Of a stretch of DNA of 64,000 bases, positions 39,766 to 50,114 are shown piece by piece. Source of the DNA: an uncultured bacterium (GTDB lineage Bacteria > Desulfobacterota_D > UBA1144 > Nemesobacterales > UBA2774). The stretch covers positions 736,001 to 800,000 of the forward strand of contig CAVPJU010000010.1 of the NCBI GenBank assembly GCA_963705505.1. The letters are read 5' to 3'. The notes under the pieces were generated by a model, which did not search any database, was not told the origin of the DNA, and was given only the letters and a program-made list of their open reading frames with translations. Within the stretch, counting starts at the first letter, position 1. The number at the start of each line of letters is the position of its first letter. Both the position numbers and the translations under genes were made by a program.

Positions 39766-42207
39766 ATGAGAAAGGTTCAGGAATTAAAGGCCTCCCAGGT
39801 TTACCGGTTATGCGATTTAAGCCAGCTAAACTTTAAAACGACGGAAGACCTCCCCCCGTGTACCGACTTCATCGGTCAGAAGAGGGCGGTCGAATCGATA
39901 CAATTCGGCATTGGAATGGACTACGCCGAGTACAATATTTTCCTCGTGGGGCCGACCGGAGTGGGGAAGTCGACGACGATAGAGACGATATTGGCCAGAG
40001 TGGCCAAAGCCAAGCCAACACCGAAAGACTGGTGCTATGTATATAATTTTCTGGACCCGAATGAGCCCAAGGCTATAGAGCTGCCGATGGGAAAGGGAAA
40101 GCTCTTTAAAAAGGACATGGACGAGTTCCTCCAGATACTGAAAACGGATATCCCGAGAGCATTCGAAAGCAAGGAATTCGAAGAGCAGAGACAAAACCTC
40201 ATGAACGAATTCCAGAAGAAAAAGAACGTCCTCTTCGAGGATCTCCAGAAAAATGCTGCCGAGAACAATATCCAGATCCAGTTTTCCCCGACCGGGATAA
40301 TCACGATCCCGCTCGTCGAGGGGAAGCCCATCACTCAGGAGCAGTACAACGCGCTCGACGACGCCGCGAAGGAAGAAATCAATAAACGAAAAGAAATTAT
40401 CGACAACCAGGTGGCAGAAGCCATGAAGACGGCGAGGAAGCTTGAGAACGAAGCGGGTGAGAGGCTGAAGGAGCTCGAAAGACGGGTCGCTCTTTTTGCC
40501 GTGCGCGACCTCATAGAAAGCCTGAGTGAGAAATATAAAATTTTTCCGAAGATAATCGATTACTTCGACCAGCTGCAGAAACACATACTGGAGAACATCG
40601 ACAACTTCCTTCCGGACAAGAATATGCAAGCCGCAGGAATGCCCTTCCCTTTCAGGATGCCCCAGCAGCAGCAGCCGACATTTACGGAATACAAGGTTAA
40701 CGTTTTCATCGATAATTCCCTTACCGAAGGGGCTCCCGTAATTTTTGAAGCACACCCTACGTATCCGAACCTTTTCGGCTCGATCGAAAAAGAGGCGAGG
40801 TTCGGAGCGCTTTTCACGGACTTCACGATGATACGCCCGGGCTCACTCGCCAAGGCGAACGGCGGATATATAGTGCTCGAAGCGCTCGACATGTTTAAAT
40901 TCCCATTCGTGTGGGACTCACTTAAGAAGGCCTTAGAGAACCAGGAGCTGAGAATTGAGGACCTCTATCAGCAGTTCGGGTATTCGAGCACCGTCGGACT
41001 CAGGCCCGAGCCTATAAAGCTCGACATCAAAGTGATTGTCGCGGGCAACTCGTATCTCTATCAAATGCTTTACGCGTATGACGAGGATTTCAGGAAGCTC
41101 TTCAAGGTGAAAGCGGATTTCGACTCGGTAGTGGACAGAAACGACGGAACGTTATCCCAGTACTCGTGTTTTATAAAATCTATATGCGACAGGGACGGTC
41201 TTAACCCGTTTGACAGAAGCGGGCTTGAAACAGTGCTCGAGTATTCTTCGAGACTTGCGGGGGATCAGACCAAACTGTCTGTCCAGCTGGGGTCCATAAC
41301 CAAAATACTGAAAGAAGCCGATTACTGGGCCAAGCTCGACAACGGGGAAGGACTCACGAAACGCGTGCACGTCGAGAAGGCGATAGAGGAAAAGATATAC
41401 AGATCGAATTTGGTCGAAGAGAAGATTCAGGAGCTGATTGCAAAAGGGGTTTTGCTCGTGGACACGGAAGGGATGGTCACGGGGCAGATAAACGGCCTTG
41501 CCGTCTATAACATGGGGGACTATGCGTTCGGCAAACCGTCGCGAATAACGTGCGAAACGTTCATGGGGACCGAAGGGGTCGTAAACATCGAGAGGAAATC
41601 GAGAATGAGCGGGAACATACACGATAAGGGCGTACTTATACTGAGCGGCTACATCGGCGCAAAATACGCTCAGAATAAGCCGCTCAGCCTCTCGGCGAGC
41701 ATCGGGTTCGAGCAGAGCTACGAAACGATAGACGGGGACAGCGCATCGGCAGCGGAGCTGATAGTGCTCCTCTCGAGTCTCTCCGGAATACCCGTAAAAC
41801 AGAGCCTCGCAATTACGGGCTCCGTGAACCAGAAGGGCCAGATACAGCCTATCGGCGGCGCAAACGAAAAGATCGAGGGGTTCTATGACGTATGCAAGGC
41901 CAAGGGCATGACGGGCGAGCAGGGAGTCGTTATACCGTACCAGAACGTGAAAAACCTCATGCTCAAGAAGGAGGTCGTGGAAGCGGTCAAAGCGGGGAGA
42001 TTCCATATTTACCCGGTCGAAACTATTGACCAGGCCATAGAGACAATCACGGGCAAAGAGGCCGGGCAAAGGGGGGCCAGCGGAAAGTTCAAGCGTGGGA
42101 CCATCAACTACCTGGTCGACAAGAGGCTCAGGGAATTCGCCGAGGACTACAGGAAGTTCGGAAAACAGCAGGCTTCCAAAAAGACGGACAACTCGAACGA
42201 AAAGTAA
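39766..42207 (+). CDS. Lon-like protease (LonC/AAA_32 type)
   Basis: GPTGVGKS, long coiled-coil insertion, GDSAS catalytic Ser and GGANEK Lys. Confidence 0.9.
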   Translation: MRKVQELKASQVYRLCDLSQLNFKTTEDLPPCTDFIGQKRAVESIQFGIGMDYAEYNIFLVGPTGVGKSTTIETILARVAKAKPTPKDWCYVYNFLDPNEPKAIELPMGKGKLFKKDMDEFLQILKTDIPRAFESKEFEEQRQNLMNEFQKKKNVLFEDLQKNAAENNIQIQFSPTGIITIPLVEGKPITQEQYNALDDAAKEEINKRKEIIDNQVAEAMKTARKLENEAGERLKELERRVALFAVRDLIESLSEKYKIFPKIIDYFDQLQKHILENIDNFLPDKNMQAAGMPFPFRMPQQQQPTFTEYKVNVFIDNSLTEGAPVIFEAHPTYPNLFGSIEKEARFGALFTDFTMIRPGSLAKANGGYIVLEALDMFKFPFVWDSLKKALENQELRIEDLYQQFGYSSTVGLRPEPIKLDIKVIVAGNSYLYQMLYAYDEDFRKLFKVKADFDSVVDRNDGTLSQYSCFIKSICDRDGLNPFDRSGLETVLEYSSRLAGDQTKLSVQLGSITKILKEADYWAKLDNGEGLTKRVHVEKAIEEKIYRSNLVEEKIQELIAKGVLLVDTEGMVTGQINGLAVYNMGDYAFGKPSRITCETFMGTEGVVNIERKSRMSGNIHDKGVLILSGYIGAKYAQNKPLSLSASIGFEQSYETIDGDSASAAELIVLLSSLSGIPVKQSLAITGSVNQKGQIQPIGGANEKIEGFYDVCKAKGMTGEQGVVIPYQNVKNLMLKKEVVEAVKAGRFHIYPVETIDQAIETITGKEAGQRGASGKFKRGTINYLVDKRLREFAEDYRKFGKQQASKKTDNSNEK

Positions 42208-42216
42208 TCCGCTATT

Positions 42217-42963
42217 TTATCTCGAAGGAAGGGTCTGCCTCTTTTTGCTGAAACCGAAAAGCTTAATGAATTCCGCAAACGCCTTATCGCTTAACTCCTT
42301 AAGACGGGAAATGTAAGCGTGGGTTTCCTCCCTGATCCTGTCGGGGATTATTTTCCCGTTTAGTTCGTCAATCTCTTTTTTATTCACGGGGATGCGGAGC
42401 CACCGCTCGACCATGGGCTCATCGACCTCAAGGTGAAACTGGAGCCCGTAGACATTGTCTCCGTAACGGAATGCCTGGTTTTTACAGAGAGGAGAAGACG
42501 CGAGAAGGAGCGCCCCTTCCGGAATATCGAAAGTGTCCCCATGCCACTGGAAAATCTTCTCCATCCCCGAGAAATGGGAGATGAGTGGGTCTTTTTTGCC
42601 GGTTGGGGTGGGAGAAAGATCGTACCACCCTATTTCCTTTTCACGATTTTTGTATACCTTCGCGCCGAGCGCTTTTGCGATTAATTGTGATCCCAGACAA
42701 ATGCCCAGGACCGGCATTCCCCTCTCCATAGCCTTGCGGATCGAATACACCTCTCTTTCCAGATAAGGGTATTTGTCGACTTCATCCACGTTCATCGGCC
42801 CGCCCAGCACGATCAATCCGTCATACCCTTCGAGATTCGGCTCGAAGTCCGGATGACGCTCGAAATTAACGTATTTTATCCTGAACCCGGAACCTCTTAA
42901 AACGGGATCGAGGGTCCCGAGAATCTCGTGCGCGACATGTTGAAAAACAAGAAGTCTGGGCAT
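42217..42963 (-). CDS. class I glutamine amidotransferase-like protein
   Basis: LGGPM, GICLG and QFHLE triad motifs. Confidence 0.9.
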   Translation of the reverse strand: MPRLLVFQHVAHEILGTLDPVLRGSGFRIKYVNFERHPDFEPNLEGYDGLIVLGGPMNVDEVDKYPYLEREVYSIRKAMERGMPVLGICLGSQLIAKALGAKVYKNREKEIGWYDLSPTPTGKKDPLISHFSGMEKIFQWHGDTFDIPEGALLLASSPLCKNQAFRYGDNVYGLQFHLEVDEPMVERWLRIPVNKKEIDELNGKIIPDRIREETHAYISRLKELSDKAFAEFIKLFGFSKKRQTLPSR

Positions 42964-43105
42964 TTGGGAAATACCGTTATCGAATTACATGATCAGCAAC
43001 GGACACGAATGATTTTACCCATTAATTACATCTTAAGGAAATATCCGACGTGGAAAAAATCTTAGAGTAAATATCCGGAAGGGCCATGCAAATGACGGGC
43101 GTGCT

Positions 43106-43429
43106 TTAGAGCTTCATCTTCCCCGTCATAATGTCTTTAAACATTACCCATTCGCCCATAAGGCTCCAAAGCGGATGCCTGAAAGTCGCAGGTTTATTTT
43201 TCTCGACGAAGAAGTGTCCCGACCATGCGAGCCCGTATCCGAACACAGGAGCGAGGACGAGCAATGTCAAATTGCCGGAAAGGAAGGTGGAGAGGACTAA
43301 TATAAGTACGATAATACACCCCGCGAAATGGAGGCGCCTGTTCAGCGGGTCGCTGTGCTCGGAAAGATAATATTCGTAAAATTGACGAAAGTTGCTGAAT
43401 TCCTTTTCCTGATTATTAACCTTTACCAT
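43106..43429 (-). CDS. DUF962/Mpo1-like membrane protein
   Basis: FYEYYLSEHS..NRRLHF and GHFFVEKNKPATF motifs. Confidence 0.9.
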   Translation of the reverse strand: MVKVNNQEKEFSNFRQFYEYYLSEHSDPLNRRLHFAGCIIVLILVLSTFLSGNLTLLVLAPVFGYGLAWSGHFFVEKNKPATFRHPLWSLMGEWVMFKDIMTGKMKL

Positions 43430-43560
43430 TTCACCCGCTCTCAATCAATTAACTTCCAGCAATATTATAATCACAATTTGAAAAACGAGTTCATAGTTTA
43501 TTGAGCTCACCTCTCAAGTCCTGTTAATAAATAATTATTTTGCGGTTTGGCTAAACAAGG

Positions 43561-43587
43561 AGGAGACGGCTTCAAGGCCGCCTCCCC
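43561..43587 (-). terminator. probable intrinsic terminator after the cytidyltransferase-like gene
   Basis: Minus-strand GGAGGCGGC-CTTGAA-GCCGTCTCC hairpin followed by a weak T-rich tail. Confidence 0.45.
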
Positions 43588-43639
43588 GTACTCGATTTCA
43601 ATACTTGGGAAAAGGATGAAGGGGGATTACAACCGTAAG

Positions 43640-44098
43640 CTACTCTCCTTTGAGATACCTGACGACGTCCTCCTGTATTGATCCATCGACCAGACTCCGC
43701 CAATCGTTATTGCCTTCGGAAATGGCGGTCCTGATCTTCGTCGCGGAAATAAACCCGATGTTCTCGGGCGGGAAAAATTCGTTCATTTCATAACCCACTC
43801 CCCTGCCCCAGTTCACGGACTCTATATCCGGTATGACCATCACTACGACGTCGTCGCCCTTGCTCTCGTGATACTTTCTAATCATGTCGACGGTCTGCTC
43901 GGTCGTAAACGGGTTCTGCGGGTCGGGCGGTATGTCCCTCACCATAATGAGGCACGGAATCCCCTTATCGAGCTTCTGTCTAACCAGGCTCACATGGCCC
44001 ATGTGATAGGGCTGGTACCTGCCTATGAAAATAGCCCTTCTGTTCTTCGAGGGTTTGATATCCGCATTTCCGTGATTTATGACCTTCCATTCGCTCAT
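43640..44098 (-). CDS. stand-alone cytidyltransferase-like (HxGH) nucleotidyltransferase
   Basis: FIGRYQPYHMGH, NPFT and ISATKIR motifs; AGGAGG RBS. Confidence 0.82.
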   Translation of the reverse strand: MSEWKVINHGNADIKPSKNRRAIFIGRYQPYHMGHVSLVRQKLDKGIPCLIMVRDIPPDPQNPFTTEQTVDMIRKYHESKGDDVVVMVIPDIESVNWGRGVGYEMNEFFPPENIGFISATKIRTAISEGNNDWRSLVDGSIQEDVVRYLKGE

Positions 44099-44224
44099 TA
44101 AAAGCCTCCTTGTGCATATCAATCGTTTATTGATAAACGGGTTTTATTCCACGGTCAGATTAAGAACTATAAAACGGACTTCATTATACATGCCGTAAGG
44201 CTTTTTTCAATTATTCAGCCGGGA

Positions 44225-44866
44225 TTAGAGCCGCTTACCGCCCAGGATAGATAAAACGGACTTTTTCACTCCTGAAGCGAGCTTTTTCTGCTCGGCGGCA
44301 TCGAGGTGAACCCCGTCGACCCTGCTGGATTTTACATATTTCGAAGCGTCGAGAAAATGGCAGCCTGTCATGTGAGCAATCTTCTCATACTCACGGGCCA
44401 GCTGCCGCGAAACGGCGGCCCGCCCTTCAAAAAATGTCTTCATGAACGGAGAGAGCGGACCCAGGGGCTGGGGGGCGACGAGCAGTATTTCGGGTACTCC
44501 GAAACCGGGGCCCGCCATGGCCTTCTGCACGGTCCAAATGAGAAACGCGCAGGACCCGGCTATTTCCGATGCGCTGAAATTAAACGTTTTCCAGAGGTCG
44601 TTCGTGCCGAGCATCAGTATAAAGAGATCGATCGGCAAGTTAGTCTCAAGTACGAGGGGAAGAGATTTGCGTCCGTTCCTCTCGGGAAGAAAGGGGCTGT
44701 CCCAGTTGGTCGTCCTTCCCGGCACGGATTCCTCTATTACCCTGTATGAGTCCCCGAGCTCCAGCTGCAAAATACCGGGCCAGCGGTCCTCAAAAGAGAA
44801 CCTCGTACCGTCTTTAGGGCTATAGCCCCACGTGATAGAATCTCCGTAACATAAAATCGACTTCAT
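44225..44866 (-). CDS. SGNH/GDSL hydrolase (arylesterase-like)
   Basis: CYGDSITWG, GRTT, MLGTND and DGVH motifs. Confidence 0.92.
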   Translation of the reverse strand: MKSILCYGDSITWGYSPKDGTRFSFEDRWPGILQLELGDSYRVIEESVPGRTTNWDSPFLPERNGRKSLPLVLETNLPIDLFILMLGTNDLWKTFNFSASEIAGSCAFLIWTVQKAMAGPGFGVPEILLVAPQPLGPLSPFMKTFFEGRAAVSRQLAREYEKIAHMTGCHFLDASKYVKSSRVDGVHLDAAEQKKLASGVKKSVLSILGGKRL

Positions 44867-44930
44867 CCGAATCCTCCTTTAAGCATTTTTTCCTATTTTC
44901 GCATTCAGAAAGAGGCAGACAAGTGAATTC

Positions 44931-45638
44931 TCAAAGCCGCACGTATTTGCGATTCGCGCTATCGCTCCAGCTGCCGCGGAGCGTCTCCTTATTAAGGGCC
45001 TCCGCGAGCATAACGAGGAAGCGCTCTCTGCTTACCTCTCTCCCGCCCATCCGCTTCATATGGCTGTTGGGCACCTGAGAATCGATGAAATCGAAGCCCC
45101 ATTCTTTGAGCCTCTCGACCAGGTAATAGAGGGCTACTTTTGACGCGTCGCTCCTGATATGAAACATGGATTCGCCGAAGAACGCCCCTCCGAGCGCAAT
45201 ACCGTAGAGCCCTCCGACGAGCTTACCCTCCTCGTATGTTTCGACAGAATGCGCGTATCCTTCCCTGTGGAGCGTCGTGTATGCGCCGATCATCTCTTCG
45301 GTTATCCACGTCCCCGATTGCCCTCTCCTGCTTATCGCCGAACAACCCCTTATAACCTCTTCGAAAGACGTATCGAACGTGATTTCAAAAAGACCCGATC
45401 TTATGATTTTCCCTAATCTCCTCGAGACATGAAGGTCGGAAAGAGACAGCACGAGGCGAGGGTCGGGGGAGAACCAGAGGATCGGATTGCCCTCGGAATA
45501 CCAGGGGAAGATGCCGCTTCTGTAGGCGAGGAGAAGCCTGGGGACGCTGAGGTCGCCTCCTATTGCCAGAAGTCCGTTCGATTCCGCGTGCATGGGATGC
45601 GGGAAAACGAGGGACTCGTTTAATAGATATACAGGCAT
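44931..45638 (-). CDS. aat: leucyl/phenylalanyl-tRNA-protein transferase
   Basis: GLLAIGGDL, AYRSGIFPW, WFSPDPR and FFGESMF motifs. Confidence 0.97.
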   Translation of the reverse strand: MPVYLLNESLVFPHPMHAESNGLLAIGGDLSVPRLLLAYRSGIFPWYSEGNPILWFSPDPRLVLSLSDLHVSRRLGKIIRSGLFEITFDTSFEEVIRGCSAISRRGQSGTWITEEMIGAYTTLHREGYAHSVETYEEGKLVGGLYGIALGGAFFGESMFHIRSDASKVALYYLVERLKEWGFDFIDSQVPNSHMKRMGGREVSRERFLVMLAEALNKETLRGSWSDSANRKYVRL

Positions 45639-45760
45639 AACGAGTTAATATACATCATTCCGGTTTTCCCGGGTCCGCCCGCACGGGGAATCCCGTAAGA
45701 GCTTTATACAGGCGGATTCCCCTAGAATACCGACATTCTCATTCCGGACAATAATCAAAA

Positions 45761-46039
45761 TCATACATCCGTATGTCCGAGGTCTCTCCCGGGAGCTATC
45801 CGGTCCCTCACTAATTGTTTAAGCTCCTTTATGTCTGGGAACCTGCCTTTTTCCTTCCTCGACCATATGAGCTCGTCCCCGACCCGCACCTCGAATATAC
45901 CGCCTGTGCCGGGCACGAGCGCCACTTCACCGATCTCAACGTCGAATGTCGTCAAAAGCTCCTGCGCCATCCAGGACGACCTCAATAACCAGCGGCACTG
46001 TCTGCAGTATATTATTTCAACTCTCTTTTTGTCTTCCAT
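45761..46039 (-). CDS. SelT/SelW/SelH (Rdx) family protein, Cys form
   Basis: YCRQCRWLLR..WMAQELL and PGTGGIFEV motifs. Confidence 0.92.
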   Translation of the reverse strand: MEDKKRVEIIYCRQCRWLLRSSWMAQELLTTFDVEIGEVALVPGTGGIFEVRVGDELIWSRKEKGRFPDIKELKQLVRDRIAPGRDLGHTDV

Positions 46040-46184
46040 GATAGACGCCGATGCCTCAACAACGGTATTTTATCAGCCCGCAAATACCGAGTCTAATATC
46101 AAGTAGTTTAATACGAATAAATTATTGATATTAAAAATAGTATGTGAGATAATAAAATCAAGTTCCGCACAACGGAGATCAATG

Positions 46185-46613
46185 ATGCTTAAAGAATTCA
46201 GAGAATTCGCAATGCGGGGAAATGTCGTCGATATGGCCGTGGGCATTATTATCGGCGCCGCTTTCGGAACGATCGTTCAATCGCTCGTTAACGACGTCAT
46301 AATGCCGCCCATAGGTCTTGTTCTCGGCAACGTCGACTTTTCGAACCTGTTCTTTGTGCTCAAGGAAGGTACCCCCGCCGGACCCTATGCCGCATTGACG
46401 GATGCGATGAAATCAGGCGCCGTAACGATTAATTACGGAAGGTTTATAAATACGATCATCAGCTTCCTGATAGTCTCATTCGCGGTTTTTATTCTCGTGC
46501 GGAACATCAACCGGTTGAGAATGCAGAAGGAGGCAGCGCCTCCTCCGCCCCCCGGGCCGTCAAACGAAGAGAAGCTCCTTACGGAGATAAGGGACATCCT
46601 TAAAAATAAGTAA
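46185..46613 (+). CDS. mscL: large-conductance mechanosensitive channel
   Basis: [20 protein letters not shown] and LLTEIRDIL motifs. Confidence 0.97.
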   Translation: MLKEFREFAMRGNVVDMAVGIIIGAAFGTIVQSLVNDVIMPPIGLVLGNVDFSNLFFVLKEGTPAGPYAALTDAMKSGAVTINYGRFINTIISFLIVSFAVFILVRNINRLRMQKEAAPPPPPGPSNEEKLLTEIRDILKNK

Positions 46614-46689
46614 GGCAGACGGCAACAGCGAAGAAAGAATTTTATCGATTACAATAAAAATACGCACTCCCGCAGAGCCGGGAAAGGGG

Positions 46690-49600
46690 TTATTCGGTAT
46701 TATTTCCCACATCCCCTTCATTTGTTTCCTTTTTGACCTCTTCCTTCTTTTCCTCTTTCTTCTCTTTCTTGCTAATGGGCTTGAAGATCGTCACGGGTAT
46801 ATTGAGAGTCTGTTTGATAAGTCCGAACAGACCGAAGCTAATCGCGGAGGGAGATAATTTTTCCACATCGGGATTGGACAAGTCCCCCGTGACCCTTATC
46901 GGGATCGAAACGAAGTTCTTTCCAAGGACAAAATTCACAAGGGGAATCTTTTCGATCACGGAATCCACGGCCATAACCGGAATCACGAGAAGCTGGAGAT
47001 CCAATTTCTTATTTACGAGGTCGATAAACCCCTCGCATACGACCTTAATGGAAGGGCCGTCCATAGCCGCTTCCCTGATTGTTACCTTTCCGTCCTTTAT
47101 ATCCGCTTTGGCCGTCAATTTATCGTAGGGAAAGCCTTCCTTGTCGAATTCCGGACCCTGACCCCGGAATAGCTCGCCGAAATTAAGAATAGTGAAAAAT
47201 TTCGCAAGTCCGCCGTATTTTTCGACACGCCCGTTCCGGGAAGTGAGCTCCATTCCGCCTTCGAGGTTGGTATACACGTCCCGCGCGCTCCCGTCCGAAG
47301 ACACTTTGGCATCGAGATCGAGCTCGCCGGATATGATTCCGGCCTTGTCTAAAAGACACTTCACAACTGAAGCAAGCTCCTCCTCGCTCGTAGTAGGCTT
47401 AAATTCGAAACTGAGGCCCGGCGGATAGATCTGAAGCAGTCCGGGCGTCGAAATGCCGCATAAATCGGCTTGTGTTACATCGATATTTATGCCGTGGTCG
47501 AGGAACGTGACCACCGCGTCGAGGGAGTCCCAGTTTAACTTCTTGAATTTAAAATTTTCCGATTTTACATTAACAGTGCCATTCACAGGCGAGTTCCAGG
47601 CATCCTTTCCGGGAGGCTCCGGTTTCGGAGGTGTCTGAGTTTCCGAATCTTTCCATTCGAGCTTATCCGTCCGGATATTCACGTTCAAATTCAGTTTTCT
47701 CCCGGCATCCGCGGCGGAATTCGGAGGAGCCTGGACAGCCCCGGCGGGGGTCACGTCACCCTTCCGCAGGACGAGTGAAGAATCCGTTACGGAGAGGGGG
47801 CTCTCGAATACGAGCTCTTTGGGCAGATTAACATATTCGGAAAAGAGGCCCATCTCCCGGGGCTCGAGGGTGCCGGTAAAATCTATTCTCATCTCGAGGA
47901 GGTCGGTGAGGTAGTTATTCAAAACCATATTGAGATTCATATTGCTATTTTGTACGGACACACCGGCATTGGACACGGACAGCCGGCCGGGGGTCGATTT
48001 GATATCGGCGCTCGTAACGTTTATGAGATCGTTAAAACCTGTAAGGTTCAGGTTAACGGCCGAGAGGTTCCCTTCCCCGCTTATCTTCCAATCCGCCGGG
48101 TTCGAAACGGAGCCCGAGAATTCGAGCGTCTTGAAAAAAGCAGTCCCCTTAGCCGACCCGATGTCTTTGAGACGGGTTTTCAGAGAATCGAGGGACGACA
48201 GCCAGGGGTAAAATTCCCCCAGGTCGACAGTCGTATCGGAAGACGAAACATTAAAGTAGCTATTATCCTTCCATTCGTATGTAGCTGACGATATGGATGA
48301 TTTCAATTTACCTGCCGCCACACTGAGACCTTCGACACCGATCTTCTTATCTTCGTAATCGAACGTGCCGCCCTTTACGCTCACTGGATAGGGAAAGCGT
48401 CCGTAATCGGCGGTGATGTCAAACTCCGACACACTGACCTTCGCTTCGGCGGATTTCTTTTGTCCTTCGAGTACGAGCCTCCCCTTTGCAAAGCCCTTTA
48501 CGTTCCTTATAAGATCCATCTCTTTTCTAAAACTTTCAGTTTGTATAAACTGCCCGAGCACGGGAGGAATCTGAGAGGGATCGGCGTCCACCATTATATC
48601 GAGATTGAGCGGCCCGTCAGGCCCTTTAAGGCCGATAAGGAGGGTCCCCTCGTGACCGGTCGAATTGCCGAGCTTGCCGCTGAGGTTAGACCCTTTCAGC
48701 ACGCCGTCAGCTATCACAGCGTTCCCGTTTGCGGCTACGATATCGAACTCGGCCTTGGGGATATATATTTCTCCGTTCACCATATTCCCCTCTATTTTAA
48801 AATTCCCCGGCCTCCACAAATCCCTGAATGTCGCGGCCTTTGCGTCGAGCGTGACCGTGGGGACCGTCCCCGCTCTCACGACCTCGAATATATTGTCGAC
48901 TATGTTATTTTCACCCGCGACGAAGAGCGCGCTGTCCCTTGCAGAGACGACATCGACGTTATTCCCGAGAAGAGACAAACTCACTCCGGGCGGATTTTTA
49001 TCAGCCGTGTATTTTCCGCTGAGCTCAAGCCCGGGATTTATGAGCCTTGCGCTCTTCAGTGTGAAAACCTGCTTTTCGCCGTCGATATAGAGGTCGGCAA
49101 TAATATCCCGAGTGCTTACGTTAAGCTCTTCACCGCCGCCGGTCAATGTCAGTTTAGGCACCGAGGCTTCGATCTTGGATTGAAATATCTTTAAGTCCTG
49201 AGTATTGAACTTTACTGCCAGATTGAGGACGGAATCGGAGACAAGCTTTTTATCCGGAAGGTAAAAATCCATGAACCTGTGAGGCTTGCCGCCTTTAATA
49301 ACCAAACTGCCTGAACCCTTATAATTCTTGACGTCGATCCATGCCCTGAAATCAAATGCGGCCCAAAGATTAGACTCGCTCCTGACTTCGATCCTCAGCC
49401 TGTCGTCAGGCAGTATGAGATCCGCATTCATATTGCTGAAGCTTAAAACGGGCGCAGAGTCCTTCTGCAATATCAAAGTCCCGTTCTCTATCTCGGCATT
49501 GAGCCCTCTCCCGTGGGAGTCGAGGTAGCCCAACGCTCCGGCGAGGTAGTCTTTTAAGACTCCGAATGAAAAAGAATCCTCCGGCTCACGGCTCTCTTCG

Positions 49601-49971
49601 GCAGCTATCTCATGTATCAACACTTTTATTTCCGGCTTGATTATTTTCAGCTTTGAGACATCCACTTCACCGCGGAGCAATGGCAAAGCTTTCGGATATA
49701 CGATCATGGTCTCGAAGTTCCCTTCAAGCTTATCGGGAACGGAGAATTTGCCCCCTTTCAGCACAACATGGGGACCGGGAAAGAAATTAATTTCTACAGT
49801 ATTAAATTCGACTCCCCCGCCTATCTTTTCGGAGAGATAGGCCAGCAGCTCCTCCTTGACGCGCTCGGGCGTAACAAGCCTTTTAACGAGCATTAGAGAG
49901 AGGGCGGCAAGAATAATTACTATTCCAAGACCGGCACCCGAAAATAAAAAGATTTTTCTATATTTTTTCAA
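46690..49971 (-). CDS. AsmA-like / YhdP-related large envelope protein
   Basis: N-terminal TM anchor, long beta-rich body, C-terminal AsmA_2-like GFPYDKL..GFIDL..VTGDLSNPDV. Confidence 0.8.
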   Translation of the reverse strand: MKKYRKIFLFSGAGLGIVIILAALSLMLVKRLVTPERVKEELLAYLSEKIGGGVEFNTVEINFFPGPHVVLKGGKFSVPDKLEGNFETMIVYPKALPLLRGEVDVSKLKIIKPEIKVLIHEIAAEESREPEDSFSFGVLKDYLAGALGYLDSHGRGLNAEIENGTLILQKDSAPVLSFSNMNADLILPDDRLRIEVRSESNLWAAFDFRAWIDVKNYKGSGSLVIKGGKPHRFMDFYLPDKKLVSDSVLNLAVKFNTQDLKIFQSKIEASVPKLTLTGGGEELNVSTRDIIADLYIDGEKQVFTLKSARLINPGLELSGKYTADKNPPGVSLSLLGNNVDVVSARDSALFVAGENNIVDNIFEVVRAGTVPTVTLDAKAATFRDLWRPGNFKIEGNMVNGEIYIPKAEFDIVAANGNAVIADGVLKGSNLSGKLGNSTGHEGTLLIGLKGPDGPLNLDIMVDADPSQIPPVLGQFIQTESFRKEMDLIRNVKGFAKGRLVLEGQKKSAEAKVSVSEFDITADYGRFPYPVSVKGGTFDYEDKKIGVEGLSVAAGKLKSSISSATYEWKDNSYFNVSSSDTTVDLGEFYPWLSSLDSLKTRLKDIGSAKGTAFFKTLEFSGSVSNPADWKISGEGNLSAVNLNLTGFNDLINVTSADIKSTPGRLSVSNAGVSVQNSNMNLNMVLNNYLTDLLEMRIDFTGTLEPREMGLFSEYVNLPKELVFESPLSVTDSSLVLRKGDVTPAGAVQAPPNSAADAGRKLNLNVNIRTDKLEWKDSETQTPPKPEPPGKDAWNSPVNGTVNVKSENFKFKKLNWDSLDAVVTFLDHGINIDVTQADLCGISTPGLLQIYPPGLSFEFKPTTSEEELASVVKCLLDKAGIISGELDLDAKVSSDGSARDVYTNLEGGMELTSRNGRVEKYGGLAKFFTILNFGELFRGQGPEFDKEGFPYDKLTAKADIKDGKVTIREAAMDGPSIKVVCEGFIDLVNKKLDLQLLVIPVMAVDSVIEKIPLVNFVLGKNFVSIPIRVTGDLSNPDVEKLSPSAISFGLFGLIKQTLNIPVTIFKPISKKEKKEEKKEEVKKETNEGDVGNNTE

Positions 49972-50114
49972 CCAGAAAATCCGAGCCGCAATAACCCGCC
50001 GGCATTAATGAATATTAAAGGTGAACATTATCTTTGTATTAAGATTAACCAACATATACGACTTCCACAATCAGAATTTCGAACTCGCAGTCAATTACGA
50101 AAAATTGACCGGAA

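Noticed and set aside
45761..46039. Selenoprotein recoding in the SelW-like gene
   Set aside because: Motif is CRQC with Cys codons; no in-frame TGA
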